Shown here in pieces: positions 1-8,589 of a DNA stretch of 9,571 bases. Origin of the DNA: Takakia lepidozioides (taxonomy: Eukaryota > Plantae > Bryophyta); NCBI GenBank assembly GCA_030704615.1, contig JAKLZA010000344.1, positions 1-9,571 on the forward strand, read 5' to 3'. The notes beneath the pieces were generated by a model that saw nothing but the letters and a program-made list of their open reading frames with translations, searched no databases and had not been told where the DNA came from. Every line of letters begins with the position of its first letter. Position 1 is the first letter of the stretch. Both the position numbers and the translations under genes were made by a program.

Positions 1-538
1 AAAGGGAGTCGTGTCGGGGGGTCAGGCCGAAAACTGGACGGCATAAAAACATCCCCAGATGAAAAACGGCGCCGAATTTCCATCCGGGGCGGTTCGGATG
101 CAGTCGGGGGAGGGGGGAGTGGCCGGCACTGGCCGTCACATTTCAACCCACGGACGGAAATTCGGCACCGAATATCGAACAGGGGACGCCCGGATGAAGT
201 CGCCTCGGGCGTAGAGGTCGGCACGTGTTCGACAGAGAGCATCCCCTGGATGGACATTCGGCGCCGAATTTCCATCCGGGCCCCCCCAAAGGAAGTCTTG
301 TCGGGGGGTCAGACCGAAAACTGGCCGACATAAAACCTCCCCACATGGGAAAACGGCGCCGAATTTCAATCCGGGGCCGTTCCAATGCAGTGGGGAGGGG
401 GGAGAGGTCGGCACCTGGCGTCATATTTCAACCCCGGACGGAAATTCGGCACCGAATATCCAACAAAGCGGCGGAGAGGCGGCACCTCTCCGACAGAGAC
501 CATCCCCCGGATGGAATTTCGGCGCCGAATTTCCATCC
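1..538. repeat. Diverged tandem dimer of a ~287-bp unit (1-287, 288-538), each copy carrying three variants of the GGAAATTCGGCGCCGAATTTCC palindrome
   Basis: AAAGGGAGTCGTGTCGGGGGGTCAGGCCGAAAACTGG at 1 matches AAAGGAAGTCTTGTCGGGGGGTCAGACCGAAAACTGG at 288. The copies are colinear to CGACAGAGA.CATCCCC.GGATGGA..TTCGGCGCCGAATTTCCATCC. The second copy has an internal deletion. The array may continue left of the window. Confidence 0.9.
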
Positions 539-860
539 TCCAGGTAAGTGGAATCCCGGAGGATGGATGGAAATTCAGCGCCGAATTTCCATCCTGCAGG
601 TAAGTGGAATCCCGGATGGATGGAAATTCGGCACCAAATTTCCATCCTGCAGGTAATTCGAATCCCGGATGGAACGAAATTCGGCGCCGAATTTCCATCC
701 AGCAGGTAAATCGAATCCCGGATAAATGGAAATTCGGCGCCGAATTTCCATCCTGCAGGTAATTCGAATCCCTGCTGAATGGAAATTCGGCGCCGAATTT
801 CCATCCAGCAGGTAAGTCGGATCGCTGGCGTATGGATATTCGGCGCCGAATTTCCATTCG
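509..860 (+). repeat. Left-arm tandem array: 7 palindromes at 53-bp period, unit ~GGATGGAAATTCGGCGCCGAATTTCCATCC-TGCAGGTAAKTSGAATCCCGGAT
   Basis: Palindrome cores (GGCGCC or variant) start at 521, 577, 630, 683, 736, 789 and 842, giving spacings of 56, 53, 53, 53, 53 and 53. Confidence 0.95.
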
Positions 861-1345
861 CCATGAATTTCATCGCTCATAATTACCTTCCTGCAGGTAA
901 TTCCCAGATGAGAATTACCTTCCTGCAGGTAATTCGCAGATGAAAATTACCTTCCTGCAGGTAATTCCTATCGATGCCGGTAGGAAGGTAATTCCTCGTT
1001 CAGAATTACCTGCACGAAGGTAATTCTGAGCGAGGAATTACCTTCAGAAAGGTAATTCTGAACGGGGAATTACCTGCAGGAAGGTAATTCTGAGCGATGA
1101 AATACATGGCGAATGGAAATTCGGCGCCGAATATCCATACGCCAGCGATCCGACTTACCTGCAGGATGGAAATTCAGCGCCGAATTTCCATCCATCGGTA
1201 TTCCACTTACCTGCTGGATGGAAATTCGGCGCCGGATTTCCATTCATCCGGTATTCGAATTACATGCCGGATGGAAATTCGGCGCCGGATTTCCATCCGC
1301 GCACTTCCGAATTACCTGCGTGAGGGAAAATTTGGCGCGCCGCCC
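620..1345. repeat. Large imperfect inverted repeat (foldback) centred at ~985
   Basis: 805-905 and 1065-1165 are reverse complements with about 3 mismatches. The match includes non-array sequence: CCATTCGCCATGAATTTCATCGCTCA versus TGAGCGATGAAATACATGGCGAATGG. Array units then pair outward (842/1123, 789/1176, 736/1228, 683/1281). Confidence 0.92.
881..1089. repeat. Central array of the interrupted palindrome AATTACCT-N6-AGGTAATT, 32-bp period, orientation flips around ~985
   Basis: AATTACCTTCCTGCAGGTAATT at 881, 913 and 945. Half site AGGTAATT at 986-993. Further copies at 1004, 1036 and 1068; the 1068 copy (AATTACCTGCAGGAAGGTAATT) is the exact reverse complement of the 881 copy. Confidence 0.95.
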
Positions 1346-1540
1346 GACCTGCGCGGATGGAAATTCGGCGCCGGATTTCCATCCGCGCGCTTCCGAATAC
1401 TGCGTGAGGGAAATTTCCAGCGCCGCCTACCTTGCTGGATGGAAATTCGGCGCTCCGAATTACCTGCAGGATGGAAATCCGGCGCCGGAATTCCATCGTG
1501 CAGCGCTCCGAATTACCTCTACGTTGGAAATTCCGGGACT
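1111..1540 (-). repeat. Right-arm array: the same 53-bp unit in inverted orientation, decaying outward, with an ~86-bp local duplication (1269-1354 / 1355-1436)
   Basis: Cores at 1123, 1176, 1228 and 1281, a degenerate core at 1334, then 1367, 1419 (half), 1449 (half) and 1481. Linkers read TTACCTGCAGG, the reverse complement of the left-arm linkers. Confidence 0.92.
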
Positions 1541-1746
1541 GTTTACGTCGATTTTCATCCGACATGGAGGGCTTCATCCGACATTTAATGCGCAGTTGGG
1601 CAATAAATGTCGACCGCCGTCGGTTATCATTCGGGCTGGCGACGCATGGCTTCCTGGACACGTACCCTAAATCTCATGCTAATCTTGGCTTAACATGCTA
1701 TTCGAGGCATGTACCCCAAAAAAGGAGATCTTTTTGGCTGGGACTT

Positions 1747-4700
1747 ATGCCGCCTGAAGGGCGTGGCTCTCCTGAGAGAGACCTCACATCCAGACCGCGG
1801 CGTAAGTTGAAAGCTCTGTACTACGGACGACGGCCAATCTCTCGCATGGCCAAACTGAAGCTCCAGCAGGAGATTCCAGTGTCTTGCTCACAACCTGCGC
1901 CAACTGAAGCCGAGTACTCTCAGGCAAGCCACTTCTGCTTCGGTTTGTTCGATTTATTTTTGCTTTCGCTTTGTTACCTCGCTTTGTTTTTGCATCTTCA
2001 TACTGGTTTCGCTGTATGAGTGAACTTTAGATAGTTGAGTGAACCTTAGATTGTTTGCAATGCGTGTGCAAATCCGGCAGCTCTGGAGAAGGCTGCTTGT
2101 GCATGTCATTCTCAGGCAATGGTTGCATTTGTTTTCATTGTTGTTGCATGGCTCTCCATACTTCCTAAACTTGTTATGTTTTCATTTTGCTACACGATTG
2201 TTGCTATGGTGGTTGGTTGCGCTGCGTTGCGATGCTGCTTTTTGCACCGATATTGGTTTTCACGATTTTTGTCAATGACAGAGTGACGACGAGCCCGGCA
2301 CGCTGGTGGTATCATCGACAGCTCCAACTCATCGCATGTTTGAATCACCCAACTTGGGCGAGAGGGCAAACTTAAGCCTTTTGTTGGTGGATGGGAGGAC
2401 TTGCAACGACAGTACGACAGAGTAGGCATTGGGGAGGTTGGTGCAGGCGGCATGGCAGGTGAAGGGCGTGAGGACATGAGGACAGCAGATCCGGCAACGG
2501 AGGTTGTTCATGCACATGCAGTAGGGCCCGCCCACGCAAAGAAAAAGAAGAAAGCTAAGCACATGCAATCCCGGGCGAGAGAGCAGTCACGGGCTGCGGA
2601 GGGGGGAGTCAGCAGTGCGCGGCGAGGTGTGTCAGTTCGCCTCAATCAAAGGTGGTCGTCCTGGAGGGCTCCCCTGCTGCTAGCCCTAGTAAGAAACAGA
2701 AAGCCCGTGAGAGGGCAAAAGAGAGGGCAAAAGAGCAGACGAGACAGAATGCTAGCCAGGAGGAAAGAGAAAAGGTAGCTGAAGAGGCCAGGGGTGCCCA
2801 AATGACAGATGCCAATGTAAGCGAGGACGCACAGAGACGGTGGATCCATCCAAGACACCACAGAGAGGCAGTAACACACCGGTTAGACCATCGCGGGCAA
2901 GAGCAGCCCCCGCAATTACCCATACGGTGGAGAGTGGAGGAGAGGAAAGAACACCTGAAAGAGCACGGATTGTGCAAGTTCCAGGTGAAGCCAGGGAGAG
3001 GGCAGTAGAGACGGGGAGAGTGCTGGAGGTGGTTTCGCAGGTGGCTGACCCTGTTGAGGAGGACGACAGGGAGCTTTCTGACCAGGATGACATCCTCCCG
3101 GACATCCCAGGCCCCAAACCCGGAGCATACAGGCTGGATTTGGCGGTCCTGGTGGGCTGCCGGAAAACCCCTCTGCAGCAGACGTCATATCTGAGGCGGA
3201 TATGAAGTTGGCCGCTGCAAAGATGTTGGAGGCAACCCACAGCAACATTGGCAGGGTGCTGGGGGGCATGGTGTACCCGGCCAAGCTTCGAATTCCCCTT
3301 TGCCGCTTGGTGTCATTGCAGGTGGTGAGACCTGCCCTCCCAGGCGATATCGACAAGCTGAAATTCTCTTTCCGGGATGGATATCGAATGGGTCTGCCGC
3401 CTTTTACGTTTCCATTGAGAGAACGACCACGGAGCTTCCCGTGCCCACACTTCCGATGAGGTGGACAAATGGGTCCCCATTGGCAAACGCGAAATGAGGA
3501 GTTCGAGAGAGATCGATTGCTAGTGATCTCTTTTCCAGCACTTGTCCGGTAAGATGTTCTACGTGTGGGACGGCAATCATCGCCTCCTGGCATGGATGGA
3601 GCACATTGCCCAAGCCCACCCCAACGACCTCGATTGGCATTTCGCCGTGGATTGTTTGTGCTGAAGGTTGCGGGGCCCAAAGATCGCAGTCTTCTCAAAG
3701 CTGCAATGGCCGACATCAACTCGTAAGCTACAACCCCTCTCGCTTTTGGACTTGAATTTGGAAGTCATTTCATTGCGAATCCTCATATATGATGAAAATT
3801 CCCATTTCAGTATTGTTTGATGGAAATGTGGCACTGCAGGGTGACTGAGAATGCCTTCATTGCCACCAACTTGTCCCATATGCTCTTCCGAGTGAAGGAT
3901 GTCGGGAAGCAGGGGGTGCAAGAGTTTGCCAATTCCCTCAGTGCCGACCTCCTGCGCAAGTCGGAGGCAAAGGCAGACAGAACCTGGTATAGGCTGAGCG
4001 TTGACGCCATGGTGGACTATATATTTCGGGGTAAAGCTCCTGACAGTTTGTTGAGCTAATCTGTCTCTCCTCCCCAAATAGAAGAAATTTGTGTTAAGCA
4101 GGATCTCTAATCTTATGTGCGCATTCTTGACAGACGAAATACAGCAGGATTTGGCACATGCGCGGGGAGGTTCTACATGGAGTCAGAGGAGAAGAATCCA
4201 ACCCTCCCGGAACTCAAATCGTATGTCAAAGCTGCGGAGGTGAGGGCCCGCATAAAGTACAAGTCGCGGATGGTAAAGTACGTGGCTGGCCATAGCTGAT
4301 CCGGCCCTTTGGTGCCGACTTTCTGGTGGAGGTGGGGAAGCACTACACTCGCGCTCTGAAGCCTAGGATGACATTAGAGAGGCTCCATCGTCTAGCCACA
4401 TCCTGTGTGGATGCAACAGAAAAGGTGATACATTCTTACAAAAATTGTGGTGGCAACAACTCCTTTTTTGTGGTGTTTGGCGCTTACGAATATGCTGGGT
4501 GGTTGGACAAACCCGTGGCTCCAAATCTGGAATGGTTCCCAAAGTACCAGGGACATGTGGAGCTTCCCCAAACCGGACAAACTCTCTGACCCCACATTCG
4601 ACATGTGGATGAACCGCATGACATGGTGGTTTCAGGTACTTCCCCACGCTTCGTTTGGGGCTTCTACTCTAGTAGGGGGTGGATTCATTGTATTTTTTGA

Positions 4701-4853
4701 GGAAAGCGATCTGATGGACAATCTCCACAGGTGACGACGAATGTGCAAGAGCAGCTGGACACACAAGCACATCAGTTCAAGATGGAGATATCTGTCAAGT
4801 TAAATAAGCACAGTGTGAAAACAGCTAGAATAAAACTAGTTATTTGTATTTAA
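1747..4853 (+). pseudogene. Multi-exon gene, frameshift-broken in this sequence, encoding a probable nuclear protein with a ParB/sulfiredoxin-superfamily-like domain
   Basis: Manual translation: MPPEGRGSPER... then SDDEPGTLVV...AKKKKKAK..., then LRIPLCRLVSLQVVRPALPGDIDKLKFSFRDGY (3286-3384), then KMFYVWDGNHRLLAWMEHI (3551-3607), then AAMADINS/VTENAFIATNLSHMLFRV...TWYRLSVDAMVDYIFR/DEIQQ...MTWWFQ/VTTNVQ. Frame-preserving GT-AG introns lie at 3723-3839 (phase 2), 4031-4133 (phase 1) and 4636-4730 (phase 0), and tentatively at 1943-2080 and 2122-2281. Many small indels must be assumed. Start and end are tentative. Confidence 0.7.
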
Positions 4854-4973
4854 CACTTGGATTTAGGTCAAGTGTTAAATCAGGTGTCAAGTTTAGTTTG
4901 ACACCTGGTCTGTCTTATCTTCACGAGAGCGGCAGTCGCGCGGCTCATCTCTCTCGAGTTGAGCCTGCGCGAC
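4848..4973. repeat. Three consecutive hairpins
   Basis: ATTTAACACTTG (4848-4859) pairs with CAAGTGTTAAAT (4869-4880). CAGGTGTCAA (4881-4890) pairs with TTGACACCTG (4898-4907). GTCGCGCGGCTCA (4935-4947) pairs with TGAGCC-T-GCGCGAC (4960-4973). Confidence 0.85.
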
Positions 4974-5223
4974 CGAGCTCCTGCATGTGTTTAGGTTTTA
5001 GTGTGCTTATGTAGGGATACAGGTTGTTGTGGAGTGGAGTCCCCATAGCTTGGGGTGCCCCTGGCTCGACTTCAGTTTCAATGAGTGATAGCGATGGATT
5101 TCATATTTCTTGTGTTGGAAGTGTATGTCCTTTTTAGCTTTGTTTATCACTCGAGAGAGATGAGCTTGCATTGTCAGTGCTAGATGTGAGTTTTTAGTTA
5201 GCACTAGTATACTTGTTTTTGTT

Positions 5224-5654
5224 TCAAAGCTTGTTTGAGAGCTGGTGAAGTGGAGAATTATGTAATCTATATATAATCTGTCGAGAACAGAATGCTTTGC
5301 TTTGTACAAGGTTGTTGGAAGGGCTGAACTGAGAAGCCCATATTGTTGAAAGAAGGTATTGCTTCCCGTTAATATGGTTAACCGGTGCATTGCCGGACAC
5401 TGAAGGTCGAGCAGGTTCAATCTTCACCATGGGGGCCGGTCCAAGTACTAGTGGCATCTGAAATCACCGAGTCGAGCACAAGTAGAGTAGAAGCATGTAT
5501 TGGGGCTAGTGAGGCACGAGAATGTAGAGCAGGCGGTGACAGTGTGCGGAACTGCTTACCTGGGCATCGTGTTGGATTGCACGTCATCAGCCAATGCGTG
5601 CAGATGTCGATTGTACTTATTGGTGATGTAATGCGTCAACTCTTGAGCAATATC
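5224..5654 (-). pseudogene. Possible spliced gene fragment of unknown family
   Basis: Minus strand reads DIAQELTHYITNKYNRHLHALADDVQSNTMP, then CAG|GTAAGC ... TTTCAG| (a 102-bp intron-like segment, 5458-5559), then MPLVLGPAPMVKIEPARP. The phases only join if one indel is assumed. No recognisable domain. Confidence 0.3.
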
Positions 5655-6335
5655 ATTTCACTGGGACGTCTCTATCAATGCGATTTTCTTGTGGAAACAG
5701 GGGTAGAGCTTTGTATTATTCTGATTTTCACTGCATCGGGTGTATCATTCGGGGAAGCTGGAAGATTTCCGCCCTTCTTCATGCCTGCTAGGCTCAGGGT
5801 GGAAGGTTCAACACTACTGCGGGCTGCTGGAGAGCTAGTAGGAGGTCTGCCACCTATCAGCCTCTGTCGGCTGCTGCTGGTCACATTGGGTTTTATTTTA
5901 TTTTATTTGTCTTAAAAAAATTCTCCAGCTTGCGGATCTTTTGCATCAACATGAGGGATGCAGAAGACGATTGTCTAAGCGACATTCCAAGACAAAGGAA
6001 GCTACGACATCAGCTATTGAAGAAATCAGAGCGAAGTATAAAACCCATTGATTCATGTACCTGGTAGCCAGGTGTTTGAAGCCTGAAAAGTGGTCGGCCA
6101 CCTTTGGACTGGTGATTTGCGTGGACCTGTATGAGACCCATGAGACCGCCTGCTTTGATACTCTGCATAAAAAAGGGTCTTGAATGCAAAGGTACCCAAC
6201 CAAGGAAGCCAAGCCAGTTGGGGTTAACAATTACTCCCAAATGTACCGTGCGAGAATACAATTTCCAGGGTCGCTCCAGATACGTTGGGAACTGGTCTGA
6301 ATTCTTTGTGAGTTGGGTTGTTCCACCGAAGGCGG

Positions 6336-6585
6336 GAGTTGATCGGATATTCGGCAGGTGAGACTAGTCTGTTCCTGGTTTACGAGTTGGTTGAGAAGGG
6401 AGCTCTCACCGATCGTCTTCATAACGCTGCTGCAAATGGGCATCGGCCATTCCGTGGTCAGGCAGAGTGCAGATAGCCTTGGATGTAGCGAGGGGGCTGG
6501 AGTACATCCACGATTACACCAAAGGCCACCCACTATGTCCACCGTGATGTCAATTCTGCTCGATGGCCTCTTCCGTGCTAAGGTG
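6336..6585 (+). pseudogene. Fragment of a plant receptor-like kinase domain (subdomains IV-VII), LysM-RLK (CERK1/LYK3-like) type
   Basis: Translation across three indels: ELIGYSAGETSLFLVYELVEKGALTDRLHNAAANGHRP / PWSGRVQIALDVARGLEYIHDYTK / HYVHRDV[deletion]ILLDGLFRAKV. ARGLEYIH..T...YVHRD and FRAKV are typical of LYK-type kinases. No flanking kinase subdomains (glycine loop, DFG) are visible nearby. Confidence 0.85.
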
Positions 6586-7103
6586 TTTCATCTGACACAA
6601 TGTGAGAGGGAGGGGGCAGGGTGGGGGGCTAGCTAAGAAGACATGATCAGTAAACGACCGAAGCAGTTGCTTGAAGGGGCTCCATTGATTGAACAAATCA
6701 CGCAGTTAAGACAGATCTTGGGCATTAGGCCATCGCTGCTTGGAGTGGTATTCGTGACGCTTGGCACCAGATGCGAGTAAAGTTTTCTTTCCTACACCGA
6801 CCAGTAGCAAATCCCCGACTCCCAGTTTTAAAGCTCCTGATATGTAGAGATCCGTCCTCGAATTCGGGTATTCGCATGAAAAACATGTAGGGTACGCCAA
6901 AAATACTTGTATTTATTGAAATACATTTGGAGCTTTGCTTTGATCCAATTTAAATTATACAGAGCCTGTTTTTGCCATAACTTGGTCATACAAAGGCTGT
7001 TTGACCTCAAATTTGCACAGGGACCTACAGAAAGGGGAAATCTACCTATCTAAACCTGGTTTCTGTTTTGGGGACTCTGCTAAAAATCTATGGAATTTAG
7101 AGT

Positions 7104-7947
7104 GTGAGTGTGCCACGAAATATCCACAATCCTGTTTCTAGAACCTGTGTGGCCTATATGAGAGACAAAACCTGTGGATGTACTCCCTGTATGGCTGGGG
7201 GAAATGAGGATGTAATTGAAGGGCAGGTCTCTTCTCTTAGCCTGTGCACACAAGGGGACAGGATCTATGTTTCCCAAGGAACTCAGACTGATTTGAGTGG
7301 AGAACAGTTGGACGAGTTGATTGCATACTGGGAGTCAGGCATTAGCAGTAGACACAGACTGCTGTAGTTGGCATTGAGGGCCTCAATATCGCCTTGGACA
7401 GTCAGAACTCTGTTGGAGCCAGCAGTTCTGCAGCTGTAGGTGAAATACCAAAGTGGTTGAAGCTAGGCTTGGAACACAGCCAAAGACAGCACCGGGACCA
7501 AGGTGTTCGCCACAAGGCGTGGTGTACTGGAGCAGAGGAGCAGGAGCAGGAGCTGCACAAGTTTGTGCAATTAGACAGTGTTGCAGTCGGACACGCGCTG
7601 CACAAGGCAACACGAGCGGGGGGGTTCATTAGCGAGGACAAGTTTGTTCTGTTTGAAGGCGATGCAGTCATTCGCAATGAAGACACCCGCAACCGTCTCA
7701 AAGCTTTCGATGAGAGACTATCAGACCCTACCTTTGTTTTCTTTAGTGTTCAGTGAGCGGGAGATGGAGAGATAGCAGAGTGTTGCTTTGTCTCTACCTG
7801 GCAAAAGAGGAGGAGGGTTGGTTAGAGCGAGCTACTGTAGCTTGGGACAAGGTTAGTGGCAGGTTTCTGGACATAGATATACCTCCTACACCTTACCATC
7901 AAGCAGAGCGAGGTACTTTGAGAGAAGTCTGGAAGTTGATAGCATAG
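7104..7947 (+). pseudogene. Probable single ~280-codon ORF of unknown function, split by frameshifts, upstream of gag
   Basis: Three abutting same-strand ORFs (7104-7367, 7394-7756, 7753-7947). The second frame is open further upstream (QTAVVGIEGLNIALDSQN) and overlaps the end of the first, consistent with single-indel breaks near 7350 and 7750. Confidence 0.5.
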
Positions 7948-8589
7948 ATCATGGGTTAGATCTTGCTTGGGCGGGCTTCTATTCTTCCCCTCCATCTCTG
8001 TACTATTTTCATTACCTTATACTTGTGTAGTTGCCAAAGCCTCTCTTGGTGGAGGCAGTCAGTCCGGGGTTTTGGGCTGGGATATTCTGCAGGGATCAGC
8101 ATTGCAGCTGGATTTTGGTGTGGGGGTGTTGATGTTTTGATTTCTTGTGTTTGGATCCCCCCCAACACCTGCATGCTTGACTGTGCGCCATGTTGGTTTT
8201 GTGTGGGCGCTTGCTTTCATTAGGGAGTAGGCGGATTTGATCAACGGTCAATCCTAGAGTATGCTGTCGGTGGTGAGGCTGGAGTGATGACCAGCAAGAC
8301 CACCAGTGTTTCTTCTATGGTGAGGCGGGTTGATGACCAGCCACCATAGGAGTTCTTGCGGTGGATGCAGGTGCAGGTGCCCTGAGCCACTGGGATATGA
8401 CCCTTTAGACTGCAACAGGTGCCCACCCGTGTCACTATTAGATTAGTACTAGAGCCTTATAGTGTCACTGGAGGAGGTGCACATTGTGAGTGTCATTACG
8501 GAGTTACCAAAAGGGTTTTGAGGGGAGTACGGCTACAGGCGTAGAGAAAAGTGAGAGGTGGGTTCACAAGACGAGGTATTCGGTTCAGA

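Noticed and set aside
509-1500. CRISPR array (palindromic ~30-bp repeats at regular spacing)
   Set aside because: The spacers are near-copies of each other, the array inverts mid-way, no cas genes are present and the context is eukaryotic.
136-1670. Overlapping ORFs in many frames (WKFGAEFP / MEIRRRISI / DGNSAPNFH repeats)
   Set aside because: These are by-products of a GC-rich, stop-poor palindromic repeat; the same peptides appear on both strands.
3551-3600. Calling the gene parB or sulfiredoxin outright
   Set aside because: The motif is DGNHR, not GERRxRA or FGGCHR, and no HTH or ParA partner is identifiable by eye. Only superfamily-level similarity is claimed.
2916-3719. 267-aa minus-strand ORF, the longest in the track
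   Set aside because: It is the antisense shadow of the plus-strand gene, which has the recognisable motif and frame-consistent introns.
5385-5915. 176-aa plus-strand ORF
   Set aside because: It has a non-ATG start and no recognisable domain, and the splice signals favour the minus strand.
6840-7068. 5' LTR of the retroelement
   Set aside because: TG-starting candidates exist, but there is no second LTR in the window, no CA directly before the PBS-like sequence and no TSD, so boundaries cannot be supported.
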